A stretch of 64,000 nucleotides of DNA from NCBI GenBank assembly GCA_964016885.1, contig OZ024740.1, forward strand, positions 141,112,001-141,176,000, written 5' to 3'. The stretch's first letter is position 1; every line of letters starts with the position of its first letter. The stretch is from Eledone cirrhosa (Eukaryota). A program made the translations under genes and the position numbers. The notes under the pieces are model-generated. The model was not told the origin of the DNA, did no database searches, and was given only the letters and a program-made list of their open reading frames with translations. Below, piece by piece: positions 52,177 through 64,000 of the stretch.

Positions 52177-53319
52177 TTCTAAAGTTATTTTTCCCCCCGA
52201 TGGAGCTGGGATTATTCCTGCAGGTCTCATGACAGACTTCACACTCATTATGGGATCTTTTCCGAGGCAATGTTTTACAACCATTTTGTTGCCTCTTATG
52301 ATACATAGTAATAAAATGAACCTCTTCTAAACTGGATACTTGCTTTCCCATCTTACTTAACATTCAATTTAAATCTATGAACTTTTAACATTCAGTTACA
52401 ATTATATATTAAGTATTTGAAACTAAACTTTCAACATAAATATTTTCATTCGATTTAACAATTAATGTTCGACACATAATTCTTATACTTATACATAATT
52501 CTTATACTTATACATAATTCTTATACTATGTGTCTCAGAGTGCATGCATGTCTGTGTGCATTTGTTGTCAGTTGAACAGATGTCATTTAATTTTCAGTAA
52601 GTGTAGAAGCTCACCTTATTATACAATACCCAGCATATCATATTTCGCTTTATATAATATCACTAGCTGTTTGTAATTATATTATTGCAGCTGCGTAGAC
52701 AAAGACTAACTTGCATATTGTTTTTCATGTGGCTGGTACCTCTGAGCTATTTATTCTTCTCTAAGCAATTCTATTTTACTATATTTATACTCCAAAGTGA
52801 GGACATATCAGTTCAAAGTGTAATTAAAATTTCAAAGCTAGAATTAAAGATTTGAAAGTAAGAATAGCAATTAGAAAATGAGGTTAACACAAAATGATTC
52901 GACTATGTTGATAATATAATAGAAAATATAACATCAAAACTTATGTTTATGTATTTGTTTTGCAAGATTCTTGATGTGAAATCGTGTGTTGAAACTGATA
53001 TTGTTATATTTGGGGATGGCATACTGCCAGCATTGCTAATAGAAAGATACACACACACCATATGATTTTCACTTTATCTTTATTGCTAGTTATTCGTTAG
53101 TTTGTTAAATTTCTTTCATCACTCATTCTGTAACCTCTATGACAATTTGTTCTCTTTTTTTCCTCCTCTTCTTTCTCATCAAGATCTGCTACTCTATCTT
53201 GTCTTTTGTTCTGAGGTGTGCTTTTCATGATTCATGTATGCACATATGAAGATTAAGGCACAGGTTCAAATGATTGCGCTGGCATGAATCATGAAAAACA
53301 CATTGGTCAACCCACTTGT

Positions 53320-53990
53320 TGAAAAGATTGACTTTAAATGCAGTAGATGCACAGATGCACAGGGGAAGTGAGCACAAAGAACACACGTAAAATAGATTCC
53401 CTCAGCTGCCAGGGGGACTCTCTAGAAGTTGTTAACAGCTTATACTACCTAGGTAATCAAATTAGTAGTCAGGGAGGATGCACTGAATGTGTGATAGCTA
53501 GGATAAGAACAAGCTGGAAGAAGTTTAGAGATATATTACCACTACCAACAAGAACATGCTTTTTTCTCAGAGTAAAGGGTAGACTGTATGATGCCTATGT
53601 GCAAACTGCAATGTTACATGGCAGTAAAACATGGGCATTGACTGCAGAAGACCTGCGGAGGCTAGAAAAAATAAGTATAGTATGCTCCAATGGATGTGTA
53701 ATGTTAGTTTGTATAAGTGATATAGCATAAGCAAACTGAGGAAAAAACTCAGTATAAGAGGAATTGAATGTAGTGTGTAAGAGAGGAGGCTACGTTGGTA
53801 TGGACATGTGATGCACATGGAAGATAGCAGCTGCATAAAGAAATTCAGAGAAAACCCAGTAGCTGGGACCTGTGAAAGAGGCAGACTCAGGAAGAACAAC
53901 CTTAAAAAACTAAACCTCAGAATAGAAATGACTAAAGATTGCGAGGGCTGGCGCTATGCAGTGCTGAAGAAGATCTGATGTGCAGCATTC
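53320..53990 (+). pseudogene. Degraded RTE (PHD-type) 3' fragment
   Basis: EVVNSLYYLG..GGC..ARIRTSWKKFR..KGRLYDAYVQTAMLHGSKTW. Confidence 0.8.
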
Positions 53991-54349
53991 AATGTGACCT
54001 AACCCATCCCCATGCTCACCCCATCCACTAACACAGTTATTTTCCGCATCACTACTTCAACCCCATCAAATATGCTTCTCCTCCACATTCCTAGCAGCTG
54101 CTAGCTATCTCATCAGCTTTTAATTATGATAAATTAAAAGCCAATGAGATGACTAAATTTCAGTTATTTAAGCATGTAACCTATTAATTGTGAGTTCTTT
54201 GTATTCTTTGTTGTGTAAATTGATTATGTGTACATGTCCCAGCATGGCCTCAACCTACTGGCTGGAACACGTAAAATCGTATATATATTATTGGTTGTCT
54301 GCTCATTACAAAGTTTGATCACATCAGTGTACATGTTGCTCACTTCTGG

Positions 54350-55760
54350 CATGAGATCTTATTTGACTTTTTAGATCAGGCATACTTTTAAAAAGATATC
54401 CACATCTTGAACTGCTTCTGTTGTCTGATCTTGGTGAATTTTAAAATATCTTTTTAGACCTTCTTGAGATTTGAAGATCTTGTGGCTTATGTGATATCGA
54501 TAAGGGTGAACTGGTATATACGTTCTGTAGTCTGTAAGAAGTGCCCTTATATGAGATTGAAGTCCAACCTCTGATAGGCAGATGTTGCCACAAACTGCAC
54601 AAGTAGAAAAAGTCCCATTAATTTCATATTCTCTTACTGCCTGTTTTTTTATTATTATTTTCCTCTTAATATTTACTTGCATTAGCCTGTTTAGCTCAAA
54701 GGTTTTCACACCTTCCCATGTTTTTGAACACCAGGTAGAGTGATCCTCTGTGAGACTTTACAGTTTTTTTTTTTAATCAATTCCTACATTCTTTAATATT
54801 TTCTTCAGTGCATCCTTGAACATTTTCTTTTGTTTAGCCTGAGCAAGTTCTTCATAAACAGTTGCTTAAGGATATGTTCGTTAGGAACGCAGACTATATC
54901 CAGATCACCACAGTTGGTTTTTTAAAATTATTGCCTTGATAGGACAAATATCAAATGCAGAGTTGAGAGTGAATGAATTCCATTTTATTTTTAAAATATG
55001 GAATTTTTGATGGAATGCTTTGGGGGGTCTAATATTATATTTATAACACATCCAAGATTCAGAAGAGACAGAAGAGAGGATAACACAAAGGATTTGTAAA
55101 TATTTATTTTTTTCCCTTCTTACTGTCTTTCTGATCAAACCGAAGACTCTAAACTATCAAAAGATTTTGTTGTCCTTTGAATCCTTAGAGATAATTCTTA
55201 ATCTGTATTCATTGCACTCCAAGGTATATGAAGGTTTCAACAACATATATTCTAGGTTGTTGCACAACTTGACTAGGTACTAGGTACTACAGTTTTATTT
55301 AAATTTATAGTCAAAACAAAGATATCACATACCAAATCAGATGCAAAAATCAACAATTGCAATCTATGTTCAGTATGACTGACAAGGTCACAGTCATCAG
55401 CATACAGAAGGTCTTTTATTAGTGAAGTGAACACTTTTCTCTTCAATTTCATCCTGGCTAAATTAAAGACATTTCCTGTGGTATGATATCTTACACATAC
55501 TCCTTCAATTTTGTTTCGGAAAGCATGATAGAGCATGGCAGCAAAATATATTACAAAGAGTGTATGTGCATCAAGATCTCCCTGTTTCACACCACTTTCC
55601 ATTGCAAAATGCTCAGAGAGTGTGCCTCCAAAGTTAATTCTGGCCTTCATATTTTTATGAAGAGCTTTCCATATATTTATAAACTTTTGAGGGCATCCAA
55701 ATTTAGACAAAATCAACCACAAGGCAATTCTATTAACAATATCGAAAGCCTTGTGTTTTT
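54350..55760 (-). pseudogene. Degraded BovB-like RTE LINE with C-terminal C2H2 zinc fingers
   Basis: LSKFGCPQKF..SGVKQG..DLLYADDC; CAVCGNICLSEVGLQSHIR. Confidence 0.8.
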
Positions 55761-57304
55761 ATTTTTTGTCCAATTTGTACACATTTCATTTGAATTATTA
55801 GACCCTAATTATTATAATTTATACCATTAATTTACTAGTTACTTATATATAATGTTTTTAGTCATAGCTTTTTCTCTTTGTTACCCTTTCTTAATGGTAT
55901 TAACTACACTAACAAAAACATCAGTTGATTTCATAGCCTTTGAGAATTTAACTGTTCATGACCAGGGCCGCCAAGAGAAATTTTGCAAGGTGGTAAAAGA
56001 GCCATTTGGGACCCAAAGCAGGCAGAGATTTTTCTCAAAATGGATATTGTATGGTTGCTGTGGACCTTCTTAGCTCTTGGGTCTTGGAACAAAGTACCAG
56101 CTGCCCCCCCCCCCCTCTCATAGGCCATGTCTAAACAGTGTAAATTCCTATCTTATTAAATGTTTTCCTTGTGTTTTATTAATTGTCATTCAATAAACTA
56201 ATATAACTAGAAACTTCGTTCTTTGTAATAGTTTCAGTTTAGCAGTCAAATGTGTTAAAATGATTGACGATTTTTTTATGGTTTTTGTTTTTATCAAACT
56301 TTATTTATAGTCCATATAACTATAAATTGGTGAAATATACAGAAAAAGAAACAGCATTGGAAAGGCCTTTAAATACCATAAATGAGAGGAAAAGGGGGAG
56401 AAGAGCAAGGACAATCAGACAAAGGAAGAAAGAAAGGGGAAGGGGAGAAGGTAACAGACTCTGCACCTAGGTCAGACAGTATTTCTGCTGTGCCCCATGG
56501 AAAAAATGGCAAAGGCGTTTCCATAGACAATGGCCATCAACATCTGCTGCAAAGCCACCCCACCTTGTGGAGGTCCTTCCTCAGATGGGCTGCTATCGAT
56601 CCAATTTTATAGTGGTCAGCTGCGGCAAAGCGACACATCTGCGAGCCTTCTGCTTTCATTTGAAAAATGCAGGAGGCCACAAACCTCTGTAGCTGCCAAC
56701 ATCAGCACCAGAACAAAACTCCATGGCAGCAATAGTAGAAGCAACAGCAACAGCAGCAGCTAAACCACCAACCACAACAACTAAGACAGAATAAACCCAG
56801 GGGGAAGGTGAGGAAAGTTCACCCACTTGTAGTGGATAAATGTATTCTTTTCAGGATGAATGATAAAAAGAATAATGCCAGAATTGTGATGTTGACAATG
56901 TTTATTTTACAATAACAATATTCACTTGTTGGTACATTGAGCATCGAGTAATAAACTTGTGGCAGTGTGTGAATGTGTCTATCCTTTAGTTAGTCAAATT
57001 GCCAAGCTAGTATTAGATGTGTAACAGTTGCCTCCCTTGATGTGACACTCACAACCCCAAAGATTAACACCATCTAGACAGGAAGTAGAACCCTTTCTGT
57101 AACTTCCGGTCAGAACCTTATAAAACTAACAACTTTAAGTTCTCACCCTCTCATTTGCTCTTCCGGCGCCTGGCTGGCCTTCGCCAGGCGTCTTCTGCCA
57201 GCCGCGTTTGCCTGGCAATCAAAACGGTAACTACTAACTTTGCTTCATTCTTTCGTTTATTCATTGACATGTCAACTATACTGTTAAATTGTTGATTAAA
57301 TATT

Positions 57305-57422
57305 TGTTTCTACTTTAGGCACAAGGCCAGCAAATACCCAGTGCATTACTGGTACTTTATTTTATCGACCCCGTAAGGATGAAAGGCAAAGTCAACCTCG
57401 GCGGGATTTGAACTCAGATCGT
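57305..57422 (-). mobile_element. 5'-truncated SINE family B with 10-bp TSD
   Basis: attaaatatt at 57295-57304 and 57423-57432. Confidence 0.8.
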
Positions 57423-58289
57423 ATTAAATATTATACACACAAACCATGTCTCCTTGTTACATTCATACACACTAGTATTTTGCTATAGATGTGAGAGCAC
57501 AACTGGTTTTCGTGAAGAGAAATTTCACAGTGTTAGCAGAACTTTCTTCTCTTGTCTGTCTTATCACTATGCCTGCTGGTGTAGTCTGTGGCCGAGAAGG
57601 TGAGAGCCAGTAAGGCCAGGAGAGAGAAAGGGTAAAAGCGAATGGCTACATCGTTAACTTCTCGCAGACTGCTGCTTCGTGTCTCTCTGGTGAATTCCCT
57701 AAGTACTTGTATTTATAACAACCCTATAGCTAGAAGGATGTGTATATGGGTTGATTTATGATTAGCCATTTGTGTTTCATCTGTCAAGAAGTTGGGGTCA
57801 CAGGTCAAGTGGTATGTACGTTTATCATACTTGTCTCTTGACAGGATCATGGTGGGAAATTCCCAATAATGGGTGGTCTTAGAGGCGAGAAACGTCAGAT
57901 TCGGTTTCGAATCTTCGCCTGTAAAACATAGGAGTATTCCGTTACACCTCACTCTTCCCCACCTCAAACAACAACTACACACATAAACACTCATATAAAC
58001 ACGAATTCACAAACATCTGAAACAGACACTGAGATCTCGTCGTCTCGTGACGAAGAAGAGGGACAACCACAAAGAACAAAAAGAAAAATGCAAAAAAAAA
58101 AATAATAAAACGAAAAAAACAACAACACATATGCAACAGAAAAAGCAGATACCACACAGACACATCCACAACAACATCGCTATCACAACCTCCCAAACGA
58201 AAACAAGTAAAACAACAACAACAAAGCACAGAAAACTTCGTGCTACTAAGAAGACCAACAAAAAACTGATGACCCTCATAACACGAATA

Positions 58290-58425
58290 AAAAAAATCGA
58301 GGAGGGAAAGAATTTCGGCACCAGCACATCGGACATAGAACTCGTCAGCACCTTATTAGGAGAATATGAAAGGTTGACGGGAGCAAAACTGATCCTGGAA
58401 AAGTCAGTGGGTTTGCAACTGAGGA
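58290..58425 (+). pseudogene. Possible L1/Tx1-type RT remnant
   Basis: LLGEYERLTGAKLILEKSVGLQL resembles the Tx1 YE..SGAKIN..KS.GL segment. Confidence 0.4.
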
Positions 58426-59030
58426 GGTTAAGGCTGAGTGGAGATTGCTCAGCGCTGCAGTTTCTGCTTCAGCTGTTAAATGCTGTGAGTGAAAGTGGTT
58501 CGATGTGACGCCAGATTACAGGAGAACCCCTTGGTTCAATCAAGAAGTCAAAGATGCTATCCTAGCATAGAAGGAGGCTTACAAAGCTTGACTTTAAAAT
58601 AAGTCCCCTTTCTTGCACTTGGTACAAGCAGGTACGAAGAATCGCAGCAGAGACAGTAAAGGCGTCCAAAGTCAAGATATGGGAGGACTTTGGGATTAAG
58701 CTGGAATCCGACTTCAAATAAGCAAATAAAGTGTAATGGCAGACCATCTGCCGACTACGTAATAAGAAGCCCTCCTCTACACCTGCTATGAAGACCGCGG
58801 CTGGGGTTCCTCTCTCTTCAGATAGGTACATCCTTGTGAGATGGAGAGAATACTCTGCTGATCTCCTAAACCCGATCACAATAGCATCTAATGAACACGA
58901 GGTGTATCTAGGAGCAGTGATTAATTTCTCAGAGGCTGCTGTCACAAAACGCGTTTAAAGAGCATAAATGTAGGGAAGATGAAATCTGGCCGAGATGTTA
59001 AAAGCCTTCAGTAGTGAAAGTATTGTCAAG
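58426..59030 (+). pseudogene. RTE family C internal fragment
   Basis: Homologous to 51480-51860 (ccttggttcaatcaagaagtcaaagatgc, gaggactttgggattaagctggaatc). Confidence 0.7.
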
Positions 59031-59046
59031 TCCACGCTATAATATA

Positions 59047-62000
59047 TCTATTTATTAATTTCAAGAACGTCAGTATTTCGTGTCATAATTCTCGATTATC
59101 ATTGGTTCATAGGTTTCAAACGCCCACCTCATAATGCCAATGAGGGAATGAGAGGGGAGAGTGTGAACGCTGTGTTCAATAACTATTAACATGCGTGTCT
59201 GTGTATGTACGTGCGCGTATGTTTATGTGTGTGTGTGTGCGTGCAGCGTTCCACAGAAAGTAAAAACTATCAACATGTGTGAGTGTGTGCGTGTGTAAGT
59301 TTGCGTGCGTGTGCGCGTTTCCATGTGTGTATGTGTGTGACGTTCCACAATCGCCACGCAGTTTATCTGTCTGTGTGCCTGTCTGTCAGTCTAACATACA
59401 CAGAGTTGTGAAGGGAGTAAATAGGGACCTCTTTTTACATATTTATATTTATTATTGTGTCATTTTTTGACAATTGCTCGAAATGAATACTGATAATAAA
59501 AGCAATTCGACTTTATCAAACAGTGACCTACAGCGGCGACGGCGTGCAGCCAGGAACGAAGAAAAACGGGACGAACAGCACCATCGAAACGCCGAACTTC
59601 AGAGGCGAAGACGTGCCGCCATGAATGAAGAGGAGCTGGCTGAACAACGCCAACGAAACACTGGAGCCAAGCAGCGACGGCGTGCTGTGATGGTTGAAGA
59701 CGAACTAGCTGAGCATCATCAGCAGATGGCCGGAATTCAGCAACAACGGTGTGCTGCGATGGATGAAGAGGAGCTGGCTGAACAACGCCAGCGCAATACA
59801 GAAGTTCAGAGAATGTGTCGCCAAAGTGCTCCTCATTCCAGTAAAGAGGCTAGAAGGCGAACGGATGATATTAAAAATGGATTATGGCAACCGTGTCGTT
59901 TTCAGATTGGTGGACGAGCAGAGTGTCCACATTGTGGAGCATTGCTTTGGAGGCACGAAAAAACGTGGACCACAATGTGCTGTCATAAAGGAGCAGTTCA
60001 ACTAGAACCCTTGCGAATGCCGGATGATGAGGAGTCACCGGAGTTTAAAATACTAAGTATGTGGGGTGATCAAGGAGACCGAGGTAGATTACTGCGCAAA
60101 TATTCGCGGAAAATTATCAATTCATTAGCTTTAGCATCGCAGAGAGTTAGTGAGATGTTTGAGAGTGGAGCATGGCAACCGAATGTAATCATTCAAGGCC
60201 GTTTGTATCATTGTATCGGTAATTTAGAAGTTACCCCAGGAGAGAGGCCTCGATTCGCTCAAATTTACGTTAACGATCTAGATTATAGTAAATCGGAGGA
60301 GGATATCAGGATCGGTTGCATGAAGTTGCCGGGAAATATAACTGAACTTGAACGGCAAAGGTTAAGTGATTTGATCCGTGATTTGCAATCATGGCTTAGA
60401 CAGTGTAATCCTTATGTTATGGATTTCATGTTGGTGGCTGAACTGCAAAATGTTCAGCAGCAAACATTGGTGATTAAGGCTGACGCAGTGCCAAGGAATC
60501 AACACGAACGGCAATATAATGACCCTGAAGGATTTCGTGAAGTTGTTGTGATGATGGACGATAAGCCTGGATCGAGAGATATCGTCCTCAATCGCAGAGA
60601 TGGTGGTCTCAAGACAATCAATTAGTCAAATAGGGCATACGATCCATTGCATTATGTTCTTTTATTCCCAAAAGGTGAAAATGGATGGAACATGTCTGTT
60701 CATTTAGATGATCATGAGAATCAGCATCAACAGGGAGGTGGCAATAGACAATTCGATTCGCGACTTTTACGCGTTCCATTTGAACGAGAGGAATCAACAG
60801 AGAAATGCGCTATTTCAAGCCAGCAGATTGTCCCAGGAATACTGTTGTATGGCATTCGCAAAGATCGAAAATCAAAGGCTAAATTATATAGCTACACATC
60901 AGCAACATATCAGTGCTGAATTGTATAATAATATACAGGATGCGATAACAGCCGATGATGCCAATTACAAGCAAATTGGTCGACGCATCATTTTGCCATC
61001 ATCGTTCATCGGCGGCTCGAGATATATGAACATTCGCTATCAGGATGCAATGGCTATTGTCAGAAAGTTTGGAAAGCCAAATTTGTTTATAACGGTTACA
61101 TGCAATCCTGAATGGACTGATATTAAGGATGCACTTTTGCCAGGACAACAACCAAAGGACCGTCCTGATATTGTGGCAAGAGTATTCAAAAGATATCTGA
61201 AAAAGATAATGGATGATGTGGAAAAAGAGGGAATCTTTGGATATAGTTGCTTTTACATACGTAATTGAATTCCAAAAAAGAGGATTTTCACATGCACATT
61301 TGCTGATCATTTTACATAGAGATTGCAAATTGAGATGTGCTGAGGATGTCGACAGCGTTGTGTGTGCTGAACTGCTGGAGAATGAAGCACTACGCAGCTT
61401 GGTGGCAAAGTCAATGGTGCACAACCAATGCGGAGTGGCAAATCGGAAAGCGCCTTGCATGAAAAATGGCCAATGCAGTAAGCACTTTCCGAAATAGTTT
61501 GTCATGAACACTTACTGGAACGATGGGGATGCTCATCCCTCATACAGAAGACGGTCGCCTGCAGATGGCGGTTTGGTCGAAAATGTTAACGGTCGAAAGG
61601 TTACAAATCAATGGGTTGTGCCATACAATCCATATTTGATTATGAAATATCGTTGTCATATTAATGTGGAAATTTGTAGCTCAGTGAAAGCTTGCAAATA
61701 TCTATTCAAATATGTTTACAAAGGTCATGATCGGGCAATGATCAATGTCAGGAATGAGGAAGCGAACCAAGGAGATGAAGTTGGCAGGTTCCAAGATGTT
61801 CGCTCGATTGGATCTAGCGAAGCCTGCTGGAGATTGTTCGATTTTGATCTCAATGAATGCAAACCCAGAAACTGACGGTTCACTTAGAGAATAGGCAAAT
61901 GGTCTGTTTTCAGGACACTAGAAGAGGTGTCGAAAGAATTGCTAACGCACCACCTCCTAAGACGGAATTGACTGAGTGGTTCAAGCATAATAGGGAACAT

Positions 62001-64000
62001 GCTTTGAACCCGGATCAAAGGCAACTCTACTGCGATTTCCCTTCGCACTATACGTGGGATAAGAAGGGAAAGAAATGGAATGATAGAAAACAAAAGTTGA
62101 GATTCATGACTATTGGACGGGTTTGTAATGTCCATCCCGCATCTGGTGATGTGTTTTATCTCCGAATTCTGTTGCATAATGATTTTTCGAGAGGTAAACA
62201 GAGCTTCGCTGATTTGAAAACAATCAATGGCGTGGAATATGAAACATGCCAGGCTGTGTGTCAGCATCTGGGACTCCTTCAGGATGACGCTGAATGGAAT
62301 AACGCCATGGAAGCTGCAGGAACAACACAGATGCCAGCTCAAATAAGGCAGTTGTTTGTCACGATTCTGGGATTCTGCAATCCTGCCAATCCAAGAGAGT
62401 TATTTGAACGCCATTGGGGAATTATGGCTGAGGATTTTAGGCATCATCTTCAGGTCGATGATGAAAATTTGATGAAAGCTATTGTTTTGCTCAATATTGA
62501 GCAACTGCTTGAAGTTCATTTCAAATGTTTAAGAAATTTCAATTTGCCAATTCCTGATGAAGAAATGCGGCAACGTGTCTTAGCATTGGACATGAGATTG
62601 CAGCTTAGACGGTTGCCACTCGATCGGAGGGAACTATTCCAGTTTGATGCACTGGAACAGCAACGTATTATGGATGAACGTATGCCAATGTTGACCTAAT
62701 CTCAGAGAGAATTGATCGATGGCGTTCTCTACTCGATTTCGACTAATGAGCAACTTTGTGCTTTCATAGATGCTCCAGGAGGCACCGGAAAGACATTCTG
62801 TTTCAACACTATGTTATCGGCAGTCAGAGCTCAGAGGAAGATTGCTCTCCCTGTGGTCACCAGTTGGGTCGCTGCCACTTTGCTGAGTGGTGGAAGGACC
62901 TTCCACTCATGCTTCAAGGCTCCATTGGCTCCGGATGAGTTGAGTGTCTGTAACATTACAGGACAAAGTGAACTCGCGGGCCTTATACGCAATACGTCTC
63001 TTATTATTTGGGGCGAGGCTCCAATGGCACATATATATTTGCTGGAGGCATTGGACAGAACTTTGAGAGTTATCTGTGGTACTGACCTGCCATTCGGTGG
63101 TAAGACTATCGTTCTTTGTGGCGATTTCAGACAGGTGCTACCAATTGTTAGGAATGCTCAAAGAGCGCAAATTGTCGATGCATGTCTAAAAAAAGTCCCC
63201 GTTGTGGCGCCATTTCAGAGTTTTGCGATTACACGATAATATGCGACTTCGTATGTTCGGGTAAAACGAAGAGGCTGAGACATACGGCCGATGGTTGATG
63301 CAGTTGGGAAACGATGAATTGCCACACGTTGGTGATAATCAGACTGTAAGAATCCCAGACCATTTGGTCATGCCACTGGACCGCCAAGCATTGATTGACT
63401 GGGTGTTCCCTAATTTGAATGCTTTTTGGCAGAATATCTCCTGGATATCGGAACGCATTATTCTAACTCATACGAATGCAACGGTCGATGAAATAAATTC
63501 ACAAGTAGCCGGAATGTTTCCTGGAGAGGAATGGTTAACCGTTAGTGGAGATGCAATGGAGCCTAATCAGCAGAACAATATGGATGTTCCGACTGAGTAT
63601 CTGAATTCACTTCAAATACCCGGATTTCCCCCACATATTTTGAGGTTGAAAAAGGGTATGCTGATTATATTGCTTAGAAATATCAATCATAAAATGAGTC
63701 TTTGCAATGGTACCAGATTGATTGTCGAGAGATTGATTAACGGAAGAGTTTTAAAAGCTAAACTCACAGGCAGAGAGGAATCGGTTCTCATTCCGAGGAT
63801 CATGCTGAGACCAAGTGAAGATCTGCTGCCATTCATTTGGCAAAGGAGACAGTTTCCCGTCAATTTGGCCTTCTCCATGACTGTCAACAAGGCACAGGGA
63901 CAGACTTTCAAGCGAGTCGGTGTCTACTTGAATGATTCAGCATTCAGCCATGGTCAACTGTATGTTGCTGCATCTCAAGTGTGCGATCCTGATGGTATAA
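59047..64000 (+). mobile_element. Autonomous-type Helitron (Rep/Helicase), decayed, runs off the window end
   Basis: Candidate 5' end A|TC at 59046-59048. Rep motifs FITVTCNPEW, IEFQKRGFSHAH (HUH) and KYLFKYVYKG; PIF1-like motifs DAPGGTGKT, FGGK..GDFRQ, RQFPV..MTVNKAQGQT, FSHGQLYV. Confidence 0.93.
59482..64000 (+). pseudogene. Helitron RepHel coding region broken by stops and frameshifts
   Basis: Split across at least six ORFs (59474, 60708, 61213, 61504, 61857, 62712); Walker B reads WGEAPM instead of WDEAPM. Confidence 0.9.

Noticed and set aside
55963-56128. hAT-like MITE ends (also ~31920-32050)
   Set aside because: The TIRs are weak and no 8-bp TSD was found.
57041-57480. Possible solo LTR (TG start, TATA-like and ATTAAA motifs)
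   Set aside because: No convincing CA end with TSD, no second LTR and no gag/pol.

Overview
Very AT-rich eukaryotic (animal) DNA saturated with (TA)n, (CA)n, (GAT)n and (GA)n microsatellites. The repeat families look like those of an octopus/cephalopod; that assignment is by recognition, not by search. I could not support any host protein-coding gene. The window is essentially a transposon landscape. Retroelements: several RTE-type LINE families (one with a PHD finger inserted inside the reverse transcriptase), a CR1 3' end, an R4/Dong-like RLE LINE, at least four Penelope-like element (PLE) fragments with GIY-YIG or related coding sequence, and two tRNA-derived SINE families. DNA elements and repeats: a maT/Tc1-mariner end, a MITE, a non-autonomous Helitron end, a decayed autonomous Helitron (59-64 kb) and a 1.2-kb pentamer satellite. 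The most striking hidden signal is a dense set of type I hammerhead ribozyme (HHR) motifs: about 19 instances, roughly 14 distinct loci once inverted duplicates are merged. They include minimal dimer-type, long-stem-II and U3-A8 core variants. Most sit in fold-back (inverted-repeat or palindromic) units embedded in (TA)n, consistent with 5'-truncated and inverted PLE insertions. All structures were folded by eye and need computational and biochemical confirmation.
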